Assembly: GCA_951804945.1 (NCBI GenBank)
Contig: OX638159.1
Location: 36,146,001 to 36,210,000 of the forward strand
Direction: 5' to 3'
Source: Podarcis cretensis
Taxonomy: Eukaryota
DNA length: 64,000 nt
Shown: one piece after another, positions 47,087-58,552 of the stretch
Layout of the letters: the number at the start of each line of letters is the position of its first letter
How positions within the stretch are numbered: the stretch's first letter is position 1
Made by a program: the position numbers and the translations under genes
The notes under the pieces: generated by a model
What the model was told of the DNA's origin: nothing
The model's database searches: none
Seen by the model: the letters and a program-made list of their open reading frames with translations, nothing else

Positions 47087-49105
47087 TTTGTATGCTGCCT
47101 TTCCGTAGTTAAAACAATGCTCAAGGCAGCTTAATAGCATGAAAAAAATTACATAATACTGGTCCCGTAAAGAATGATAGATTATGCCTTTAGCTGTCTA
47201 AACAGAGGACATAATGTAAGCAGTGACTCAGGTCAGTGTGGAAGTTCTACAGGAAGAGAAATCCAGATTACGAAAGGGAAATGGTATAACTCAATGGAGT
47301 ACAAAGCAACACCATTTCCATACAAGAATTCAGGCATCATTTGCAACAGTTGTTGGTCAAGGGTGCTCTGTTGGTCATTGTTTTCCCTTTCTTTTGGTGC
47401 ATCTCCACCCCATCACACCCCACCAGGTTCATAAGCAGGATGAAGACAAGTGAATTAGCAATACAGTAACATAAACCTTGAACAGTCATCCTACTGGAAG
47501 CCTCAGAGATCTAGCCTGCTGCTGGAAATTAGGAAACTGAAATATCTTGCTGGAGGTGGGGGGGGGCAACCTATCTCAAATTAAACAGAAGGCATTTTAC
47601 TGACATTCTCTGGCTCACAGATAATACCTATTTGTTGCTCCCTGGACAGTGCTGTTTTAAAATGTTTTCTTTTTAAACTCCAACAAGAGTCACGGCTCCA
47701 TTCACTTCCAGAAATTTCCACCATTCTTGCCCCATTCATTTTAATGGTTAGCATTAAAGAGAGTACTTTGATCAGTTATTTCTGTCTTTCATTTGGGTGT
47801 TTGTTTTTCAATCAAAAAACTCATTAGGGTGGTGAGCGAGCTGTGCTTAGGAAAAGTAATCAGAAGATAATCAGGCTGGATTTGAATAATTTTGTCACAG
47901 CCTATCTCCAGTGTGCTTTTTTCACGATCTAAGGGATGAGATTAGATTCTCATTATGAACTCCTTATAACTATAATTCAGATGGATGGGAAAGTAATTTG
48001 GAGAATTTGGAGCCTGGTAATGAGTGCTCTTTGAAGTTTGGGAGCTGTGTGTGTGTGTGTAACAGATTTGTAAATAATCACAGCTTGTCCGCAAGGAGTC
48101 AGGCAGCTGGTGGCGTTTCAACTTGTTATTAATTAAAGATTGGCTTTCTCCACCTCATAAAGGTGAAGGAAGGGAAATTACCATACTAGCCCTCCTTCTC
48201 AAATTGAAGAGAAACAGCTTGCACATTCCACCAGACAAATGGCAGAACCACTAAGATGCTTTACTGCAGTTCTGCAACCAGCCAGATATGGAATTAGAAA
48301 AGTCGTTCTGCTCCATGTTTAACATAGCATTATTTTCTCATTAAAACCTATCATGTTTAACCACATGGTAAGGGGGGAAATGGCTACTTTGAAAACATAA
48401 TGGTGGAGGCAGAGATTTCTTGAATGTCTAGGGAGAAGGGGCTAAGAGCACAATACCTCTCTATTTCACCCACAGAAATTTTAAAATAGAAATGTTTAGC
48501 AACAATACAACCCAGAGAAAAGTGTTTGTGTCTCTCCCAACTTTTTAATTTAGAGATAACTGCTTTCACAGCTCAATTTCTTTTATTTCGCAAGGGTACT
48601 AATGGGTTTTAACTGAACATTAATCTTGCTGGCTGATTTTATTTTATTTAGTTTTTAGTGGCTTTACTGTGTTCTGTTTTGATTGAAAGAGGATTGTGGT
48701 TTTTATGGTGGTGAAACCACCTTGGAAGGCCTTTATGGAAGCCAGAAGGTGATGCACACAGGTTTCCATGAATATAATAAATAAGATTCTGTGCATATGT
48801 ATGTTTATTGAGATACTTATTGCCTCCAGTGGGAAAGCTGGAGCTGAACAGCAGTGCAAGCTAGGCAGTACAAGTAGGTGTCAGCCAACCACCACTCTCC
48901 TCCCTTCCCGAGGCAAATAAACTATTGTAACACACCACCCCCAATCTCTGTCAAGCAGTAGCAAGATTCCAGGGGGTCCCAGGCAGTTGAAGATAAAAAT
49001 GGAATGGTGTCCTTAAGTCACATTGACACGCTCTTAGCCCCATGCCTGTTGACCTTATCAGTTTAGCATTTATGTTATGTACCTTTCGTGTGTGTGTGTG
49101 TGTGT

Positions 49106-49461
49106 GTAAAGGACCCCTGGACAGTTAAGCCCAGTCAAAGGCTACTATGGGCTGCGGCGCTCATCTTGCTTTCAGGCCGAGGGAGCCAGCGTTTGTCCAC
49201 AGACAGCTTTTCCGGGTCATGACTAAACCGCTTCTGGTGCAAGGGAACACTGTGATGAGTGCCCAGAGCTCACAGAAATATTGTTTACCTTTCCACTACA
49301 GCAGTACCTATTTATCTACTTGCACTGGTATGCTTTTAACTGCTAGGTTGGCAGGAGCTGAGACAGAGCAACAGCAGCTCACCCCATCATGTGGATTCTA
49401 ATCGCCGACCTTCTGATCAGCAAGCCCAAGAGGCTCAGTGGTTTAGACCACAGCGCCACCC
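49106..49461 (-). mobile_element. Sauria SINE subtype B
   Basis: Reverse complement of the 19051 type; abuts a (GT)n tract. Confidence 0.9.
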
Positions 49462-51435
49462 AAATCACAATGTAAGACGCAAGCAGAGTATGCATCTTTA
49501 CTTCAAAATATGCACCTCACTTTCACACACAGCAGAAAGTCTCTGTTGAACCTGCAGTCCTTCCTGTGTGTGTACACAATCAGTGTGTATGTGACTTTTA
49601 CAGGACACCCATCAGCCTTGAGACATTATCACAGAATACATCATGGACATAGAGAGCGTCCATTCTGATTCTGAGAGAAGCCCAACGTTATGTTCTTTTG
49701 TCATGGCTCATTTGGCAGTCATTTCTGCAGACAAGCCCAAGCCCACATTGGGTTTTCACTGCAAGTTACATTCTTCAATGCACATCTGTGAACTGACCTC
49801 TTTTGACTGCAGTTGAAATATGTGTGGGTGTGTGGGAACGCTTGATTCGTGGAAAGAGGTTCTGTGACTCAAATCTGTCTGAAAGCCTTATCCTCCATAC
49901 CTCACTCTGTGGGGTCTGGTTGCAGTTACTTAATGGTGAGAGGAAATAAAATTTTGGAACCACTGTATTGTTACTTTTCCAAGTCCAGATTCATGCTATA
50001 AACCTCAACATTAGGTTCTGGGACTAAGTCCTGGGGAAACAACATAAACTGGGCAATGTGGTGCTTTTCTACTGTGGTTAAAGTTGTTCTACATTTGCAA
50101 CCTTCTTGGGAAAGGGAGCTTTTCCCCCTTTTTCTTTTTTGCTTATGTTCTTTTTCTTTTTCTTTTTGCTTATGTTAAAATGTGCTGGAGACAGCAATAA
50201 CAAATCAAAGAAGAGCAAATTTATCTACTGTAACCATGTTTTCTATTTCTGGTCTCATACATTAAAATGTTCTTAACATCAGGTTATCACCAGATTTATC
50301 ACCAGATTTAAAAACAGTAAATAGGCATGGACATGTTCCTTGGAATATTATGGTGTGATTCACCCAGTTGCTACAAGATAAATTGACATTTGAAATCAGC
50401 TTAAGAGTGAGATTATCTGACAGAGTAAACCAAATTAACCACAATAACATAATATTCCCTCTCCTTTTCCTGTTTACTCATAGAGCAAACTGCTAGTATC
50501 CTCTTGGGATTGAACATTTAGGTTTTGGCAGCTGAAACAAGACAGAATTTCCAAAGACACTTTACACATAAAGAAGTTGCTATTAAATGCAAAAATGGTC
50601 TATAATCAATTGACCTTGGCATTTAAAAAAATCAAGAAATGTCATGTTTGTGACTTGATAGCTTTAGAGGAAATATATATCTGAAAGAAAGATCTGTCTT
50701 GAGTGATCAAGTTATCCTCTCTTTAAAGGCAGAACAGATGTATAAGCAGAAGTGATGGTGTCAGTGAGAATCAGTTACATATCCTATGGGGAAAAACTTC
50801 ATTTATTGGATGAGGACAATATGCTGCACTGCACAGGGATATGCACACATATTTAATCCATTCTTCCTGTACCAGAAGCATATGTGGCAGCTGTTTCTAG
50901 TTTACAAATAAAGTGACATGTTGTGTCTAAAATGTTATCTGAGATTTATTTCCCCCTGGTACATAGGCATCATGCAAAATGAACTGAAATTCTTAGTCCT
51001 TCCCTTAAATCAATAATTCTCAGCTTTCCAGAGGCTTGGGTAATTCTCCCTCCACCCCCCAAAAAAAGTTCATTACATCTTTCTATTTCTTACCCTCACC
51101 CCTTGTTATAGGAGGAGTGACTAAACTTTGGACCTCCAAATGACATTGTACTCTAACTCCCATCAGCCCCAGCCAGCCAACATGGTCAAGCATGGGAATT
51201 GTAGTCCAGCTGGAGGGCCACAGGCTATACAACCCTGGGTATAGACTGTAAAAAAACACACACAAAGAAATGATGAGCTGAACTGTCATAAGGCTTTTTG
51301 CACTATTGTCGCTATTGATCCACTTTCCCCAAATGACCACCAGTGCTCTCACAGGAAAAAAGAGAATGTCCCAGTTTTTCTGGGGCAGTTGACAGGTATG
51401 CTAGTACCTTTTGTGACGAAGAAAGCCCTTTATAA

Positions 51436-51779
51436 AAAAAAAAAATATATAATTTTTTATTAGTTTTTTTTTAACATATCATTTTCAACAGTAATTAAAC
51501 ATACTTTTACATCTTATTCAATTTTTTGACTTCCATCAATCCTGTCTGAAAATTTTCCAATCTAATCTCTCAGTATGCATTTCTTATCTTGCCTATTACA
51601 TTTCAAACTCATAACCAATATCTCTATCTTTTTATACTTTGTAACACTTCGTATATTTCTCCTTACAAAACTTCTTGTAGTCCTACTAGCGTAATTTGTT
51701 GATTACAGTTGCTCTTCAAATAATTCATATACTTCTTCCAATCTTCTGTAAATCTCTGGTCCTGCAGGTTTCGAATTGC
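51436..51779 (-). mobile_element. L1 3'-terminal fragment
   Basis: Minus-strand peptide IRNLQDQRFTEDWKKYMNYLKSN parallels IKYVRDQVFIKDWGKYVDYLE of the long L1; followed by an AT-rich 3' UTR. Confidence 0.8.
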
Positions 51780-52153
51780 AAAGCATTTACACTGATAGGA
51801 GGAGGTAAAGGCTACGCCATTTCACTGTATTCTTTGGAAACACTGTTGTCTTCTGGGAATCTCTTTCCCAAGAGCAGGCTGCTGGGAGCAGGAATGTTTC
51901 CTGTTTGCATGCTTGGCGTAAGGTGTCAGCCAGACAGGTGCAGCTTCCCTCCTGTTTGCTAAGCAACTACTTTAAAGAAGAGGAACAACGGGAGCTGGGC
52001 TCATTTCCTTACACCAGGCAAAAGCAAATCATGTATTTTGTGCAGGTTATGCCACAGCCAGAGTACGGGAGGATGTTGACGAATGGTTTAGACAGCCTTC
52101 TAACCAGCTAAGCTTTTCATAATTAAATAAAAGGTTTGGGCCCAGGCAAGGTA

Positions 52154-52740
52154 CCGTATTTTTCGCTCTGTAACACGCACCCGACCATAACACGCACATA
52201 GTTTTTAGAGGAGGAAAACAAGAAAAAAAAATATTCTAAACGAAACAGTGGATGTATGATTTTTGTGGTTCATGCTGTGGCCACAGACATGTGATCTGAT
52301 GGTGAGTTTGGGGTAGCCCAATGCAAAAATCCTGAGGATCCATGTGGATCCATGCTTTGTAACCACGTTTTTGCACCACTGCGGCAACAGTGGGTGCGTG
52401 ATTTTTTTGGTGCAAGCTGTAGCCATGGACATGCTATGTGATCTGATGGTGAATTTGGTGACCCAGTGCAAAAATCCTGAGGATCCATGTGGATCTGTGG
52501 TTTGTAACCAGGCTCTCTGTCCCTCTCTTCTCCCCACTCAGTGGCTCTTCTCCCACTTTGCTGTTTCAAAGCGAGCAAAGCAAGCCACGGAGGAGGGAAG
52601 GAAGGGGAACCATGGATCCTCTGCTCACGACTGCAGCAGATCCCCCCGCCATCCGTAGGCATTCGCTCCATAACACGCACAGACATTTCCCCTTACTTTC
52701 TAGGAGGAAAAAAGTGAGTGTTCTGGAGCAAAAAATACGG
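52154..52740. mobile_element. Tc2/pogo-like MITE with internal duplication
   Basis: TA-CCGTATTTTTCGCTC..GAGCAAAAAATACGG-TA; TAACACGCAC subterminal repeats. Confidence 0.88.
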
Positions 52741-53262
52741 TATTTTTTACCACAGACACAAGAAAGGAAGGCGTGTGGGGGTTTTTTTTTAGAAAGACAG
52801 GAAGGGGAGGAACTATAGGGAGAAAATATTTAGTGTTCCTTTGCCATCTTATTAGCAATGGATCATGTTGCAACATTGAGACTGACAGGCAGCAACTTCA
52901 GTCTTTGGTAATAAAAGACAGCCTTAGAAACATACCCACAGCTGGCCTACACATGGAGGCCTGGCATCAACATGCAGCTCCCAAGACCCTACTCCCCTGG
53001 TGGGGCTGTCCAGTGTTGTCTGACCTGGGCTCCCTTTTAATAATATTTTTCAATGGGGCTGCAATAAACACCAAGCTGGATGGGGCTAAGAGCCACCATT
53101 TTAATTCCCCACAAAGCCCTGGAGAGACAACACAGTAGAGACAATACAGGAAATACAGGAAAAAAAGAACTGGCTTTGCGGACCAGCTGCCCAACGTTCA
53201 TCTGAGTGTGGCGGCAGCTCCTGCTACCTACTGCTGCCATTACCATCACCATTGGGTAAGCC

Positions 53263-53512
53263 CTGGAGTCAGCAAACTTTTTCAGCAGGGGGCCGGTCCA
53301 CTGTCCCTCAGACCTTGGGGGGCGGGGCAGACTATATTTTTGGGAGCGATGAATGAATTCCTATGCCCCACAAATAACCCAGAGATGCATTTTAAATAAA
53401 AGGACACATTCTACACATGTAAAAACATGCTGATTCCCAGACCATCTGCAGGCCGGATTTAGAAGGTGATTGGGCCGGATCCGGCACCCAGGCCTTAGTT
53501 TGCCTACCCATG
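53263..53512. mobile_element. hAT (Charlie-like) MITE
   Basis: GTCAGCAAACT..AGTTTGCCTACCCATG termini; TSD GGTAAGCC/GGCAAGCC. Confidence 0.82.
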
Positions 53513-53997
53513 GGCAAGCCCTTACAGAATAAGCAGAGTGCCTTTTCAATTTTATGGAGTTGACTTTTCTATTTAAGCATGTCTTTTGCCATCATATCAT
53601 TCCATCGCTGGCCAACAGGAGGAAGACATTCGAAGCAGAGATTTGCATCTGGTGATCTCATCGTTGGAGTACTGCTTAGGATTTCACACAGCTGGGGCAC
53701 TGCCACTGCAGTTTGAGTGACTGAGAGCAAAGCTATAACACTCTCGGGGACGTGGGCAGTTATTTTTCCCCTGTCTGTGGATTATTATTTTGCAACAAGT
53801 ATACTTGTAGAGATTCTTTTTTCTTTATTGAACAAAGGAATATTTGGATGTAACTTTGGCTTTGAGACATCCTGAATTGCACTTGAATATGATTTTGTTA
53901 TTGCATACATGACGTAAAAGCTATATTTTAAAAAACGGACACTTGGTGGAATATAAATGTCTCATTTTTATATTTGGTCTTTGGGAAGTTCTATATA

Positions 53998-54231
53998 CAG
54001 TGGTACCTCAGGTTACAAACACTTCAGGTTACAGACACTTCAGGTTACAGACTCCGCTAACCCAGAAATAGTACCTCAGGTTAAGAATTTTGCTTCAGGG
54101 TGAGAACAGAAATTGCACAGCAGCGGCAGCAGGAGGCCCCATTAGCTAAAGTGGTACCTCAGGTTAAGAACAGTTTCAGGTTAAAAACAGACCTCCAGAA
54201 CATATTAAGTTCTTAACCCGAGGTACCACCA
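53998..54231. mobile_element. Tc1/mariner MITE, family A
   Basis: Third copy of the 1395/3254 element. Confidence 0.88.
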
Positions 54232-56526
54232 TAATCGCATACAGAGTTGTGTGAGATGTGTTTCTTTATTTCTCTGTATTCCTTTGTGTTGTGTTTTGCT
54301 TATTTAGTTGAGATTCCTGCATTATAGGGGGTTGTACTAGACGACCGTTGGGGTCGCTTCAACCTCTACAGTTCTATGATGAAATTAAAAGCACGCATGA
54401 ATTGAACCTACAACTGAATGGGCGACTGCATCATAATGCCATGGATAATATTTTTGCTTTCCCTCAGGATGACAACCTGAGGGCATGATTTGCCCATCTT
54501 TCTGAACTTTGAAATGCCACATGTATTTCATTTACTCTTGGTCCCCCCCCCCTTCTATATTTACTCAATTTTGCCTGTAGCCAGGACACCAGCATGATAA
54601 TTTCCTTTCAATTGCCTTGGACCTGCAGTGGAGCATGACCCATATGTCACTGATTGAACCAATTGTGCTTCTTTATTTCTCAGAACAATGTACACACCTT
54701 ACTACCCAAAAAAAGGTTTGGATTTATGCTACCATATGGTTGATGCGCTTCAAACATGCTGCCATCTGGAGTATGCAGGCTAGTGCCCTGAAGAGGACAT
54801 GGACATAAACCAATTTATGTTAAGGCTCAGACTCTAGCCATACGGTTTTCAGTTTCACCATACAGCTGACCCCTGGCCTTATTAGTCAAGAAGCTGTGGA
54901 TTATTTTAAACCACAACTTAATGGGAGAAGAGAGAGAAAGAAGGTTGTGGGAAACCACACAGGTACAATATTAAGAAGCATGTTACAAAGCATGAAATCT
55001 CTAAACAAATAGAAGTTAAAACAAAACTCAGGATCAGCTAAAATAAAATTCTCCCATTTTAAGTGCAAAACAAAATGGGACAGGCCGCCGCTGGCAATAC
55101 GTATTTCCATTTTAATTACATTAATTGTTTCTAAATTTAAATGTATGCATATAAATAAGCATATGCAACATTTATGCAAATCAATGCCCCTTTGGGGAGG
55201 GTGTCCTCTTTTGGTTTCCTCGTTTTTAGCAATGCATAAGTGCCTACGTTCAGAGCACTCATGCTATAAAACCGTGTCAGAATACGCCTGGCTCTACAGT
55301 GAGCCAAACTCCATGGCTCTCTGCTCTGACAGAGATAATACCCTACTGAAATAATTTCTTTTTTTCACACTTGCAGTAGAGGAGTCTTCTGTAGGGAACG
55401 ACACAACTTAAGCCTTTAATGTGGGTGAAATTAATATAATTTCAGTTATTTGGGGCCTCACATCCTTACGATCTGAAAAGCTTTCAAATAAGGAAACTTT
55501 CTCTCATTACTAAGTTATTATGGCTCAAGCTCAGCTTGCCTTTTTTAAAAATCTGAAGCACTCTGCTTTAGTTGTAGCCTGCACATGAAATTGCCACCCC
55601 ACAAAATATTAGTCTGCTGCCGAGTTTTAACGCAGGGTAATAAAGTGAAAATGCTGATGTAACATAAAAAGAGGGGAGTGGAATTGGGACAGAGACAGCA
55701 AGAGGAAATGGAACTGTCAGGAAATATGAGTCTTCATATATAGCTCAGGACATGAGCTCTAGTTGTATATAGGATTTTCCCTTCATGCAGCAGCAGTATT
55801 AAGAAAAAAGGAACTACTGACCTTCCAAATAAAATACAGTAGGGTATCAGAATCATAAATGTGAAGGGGATTTGGAAGCCACAGAGGAAATTGTGAAAAG
55901 AAAAAGCTATATTTATGACCCAAGATAAGGCAGACAGGTTTATAAAAATTGCCTTCTACCATCAAGGGAGAGATGTCTTTATCTGCTTACCGCAAGAAAC
56001 AAATTCTGGGCTCTTAAATCCATGCAGCCCTATTCACTTCCACAGAAATTCTGACATTTTTCCTGAGTGTGATTTAGCTGTAACTCCATAGCCCAGCAAA
56101 CATCAGCAGAGACTTTACTAGCATGGAAGTCAGGAATGCTTATGCCTGTAGATTAGCGGGGCCAAAATTGACCTTTAAGGAGAGTGCCATCACTACGTTC
56201 CTATGTTCGCACCTTAAAGGTGAGGTTTCCGAGGAAAGACCAAAGATGGAGGAGAATTTTTATTCCATTTGTATTTCAAGGCCAAACCCACCTAACTTGC
56301 ACTTTTTAACTGGCATCCTTCAAAATTTGCACAATGACAAATTTTACAACACAGTTCTCCAGCCAAGTAATGTGCTACCAAAATGCATATACTACAGTAA
56401 AGTGTAAATGAAAATGCATATATAAGTGACAATAATACAAAAGTGTTTTGTATTTGGGGATATTGTTTTGCAAAATGGTGTATATTAGGGGAAATGTGCA
56501 TGAAAATGCTTATGAATCTTCCATTA

Positions 56527-57050
56527 AAGGTAAAGGGTAAAGGGACCCCTGACCATTAGGTCCAGTTGTGGCTGACTCTGGGGTTGCGGCGCTCATCTCG
56601 CTTTACTGGCTGAGGGAGCCAGCGTACAGCTTCCGGGTCATGTGGCCAGCATGACTAAGCCACTTCTGGTGAACCAGAGCAGTGCATGGAAACGCCGTTT
56701 ACCTTCCCACCGGAGCAGTACCTATTTATCTACTTGCACTTTGACGTGCTTTCGAACTATTAGGTTGGCAGGAGCAGGGACCAAGCAACGGGAGCCAGTG
56801 GCGTAGCGTGGGTTGTCAGCACCCGGGGCAAGGCAAGTAATTTGCGCCCCCTAACCCTGGATTTACGCCCCCTAACCCTATCCCTAACCCTAACCCCCAG
56901 ATGTTGCGCCCGGTGCGGCCGGCCCCCCCTGCACCCCCCACGCTACGCCACTGACAGGAGCTCACCCGTCGTGGGGATTCGAACCGCTAACCTTCTGATC
57001 GTCAAGTCCTAGGCTCTGTGGTTTAACCCACAAAGCTACCCACGTCCCCC
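56527..57050 (-). mobile_element. Sauria SINE subtype A interrupted by the telomere-repeat MITE
   Basis: TSD TGAATCTTCCATTA (56513-56526, 57051-57064). Confidence 0.94.
56796..56953 (+). mobile_element. hAT-type MITE with telomere-like repeats, copy 3
   Basis: Perfect 17-bp TIR CAGTGGCGTAGCGTGGG; TSD ACGGGAGC/ACAGGAGC derived from the SINE sequence. Confidence 0.94.
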
Positions 57051-58176
57051 TGAATCTTCCATTAGGGCTTTTTTTAAAAAAGGAACTTGCAAACTTATGT
57101 GGAAATGTGGAGAACTGAACTTAAGAATGGAAAAATTGGAAACCGAGGGAAACTGAAATTGACTGAGTGGCCTGTCCCTAGGATAAAGTGCTTTCCTCTC
57201 TTCTTCCTCATAGATAGCCACATGGTGCACACATGGCCTGAGTCCTGTTTATTCAAGTGGTATCTGTGTCTTGCCTGCTTGGTTTTTCAGCTTCCTCTCT
57301 GTGCTATAGCTCGTAGCTATGCCCATTCTCTCCACACCATTTTCTCATTTGTTCTCAGCCTGTTTCCCCTAAAGATCCTGCACAAAGTCACAGCCAGCTC
57401 CCTTGCCTGCCCACTCTTTGCAAGCAGCTCGGTTTATCATTTCTCCACACGTGCCCATCCGCAATGGGGAAAGAATGCTAAACTGTGCTTAGAAAGGCCT
57501 TGGTACATTATTTTTCCATCTTCCTGACCACCTCCATGCTGTCCTTTATTCAGTCTCCCTTGGATTGTCTGCCGTCCCCCTTCTGCATGCTAATAGAGTG
57601 CTGCTCATGCTCCCAACACGTCCTGCCTCTCCTTTTTTAATCCGTTCATTTTCATGCCGACTGCAAGCATGGCGCCTTTTGTTGAGGCGGGGGGTGGGGG
57701 CTGGGGGGTTTCACAGCAGGGAATCCACTAAATGGCTTGTACTGCTGAAGCGCCCAGAGGTTCAGGGGAGCAGCGCAGAGTTTACATATCAGCTCATCTC
57801 AGCAAATCTTCTCCCTTCTTAAGTGCCGCACCGGAAAATTGCTTCCAGCTCTTAAAATAAAGGTCACATCATTTCAAAAACAAACATCTGCCAAAGGGTG
57901 CCATTTTACACAGAGTCAGTAAGCAAATTGTTCTAAAAATTAATTGGGCATCATTACCTTTCTGGAAAATATCCTGAGCCGTTGATCAGTCTCATCTAAT
58001 GAAACATATTTGCTGAAACTAGGAAAGCAGCAACTTTTCCAGCATATTTAGATTCCAACTTTTCCAGATATTTAGATTGCTTTTATATTTGTTGGGAGCT
58101 GTTCAGAGTGGCTGGGGCAACCCAGTCAGATGGGCACAGTACAAATAAAATTAGTAGTAGTAGTAGCAGCAGCAGC

Positions 58177-58536
58177 AAGGTAAAGGTAAATGACCCCTAA
58201 ATGGTTAAGTCCAGTCAAAGGTGACTATGGAGTTGTGGCACTCATCTCGTTTCAGGCTGTGGGAGCTGGTATTTGTGCACAGACAGCTTTCCGGGTCATG
58301 TAGCCAGCAGGACTAAACCACTTCTGGTGCAACAGAACACTGTGATGGAAGCCAGAGCGCGTGGAAACAACGTTTACTTTCCCACCGCAGCAGTATCTAT
58401 TTATCTACTTGCACTGGTGTATTTTCGAACTGCTAGGTTGGCAGAAGCTGGGATAAAGGAACGGGAGCTCACCCTGTTGTGCGGATTCGAACTGCTGACC
58501 TTCCAACCAGCAAGCCCAAGAGGCCCAGTGGTTTAG
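58177..58536 (-). mobile_element. Sauria SINE subtype B, lacking the extreme 5' end
   Basis: Tail and core present; sits in the (TAG/TAT)n tail of an older LINE remnant (~58075-58170). Confidence 0.9.
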
Positions 58537-58552
58537 TATTACTATTAGTATT

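Larger units (their letters stand above)
56240..57180. mobile_element. old AT-rich hAT-like element hosting a SINE and a MITE
   Basis: Sequence on both sides of the SINE looks like one element ending ..TGTCCCTA. Left boundary approximate. Confidence 0.45.
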
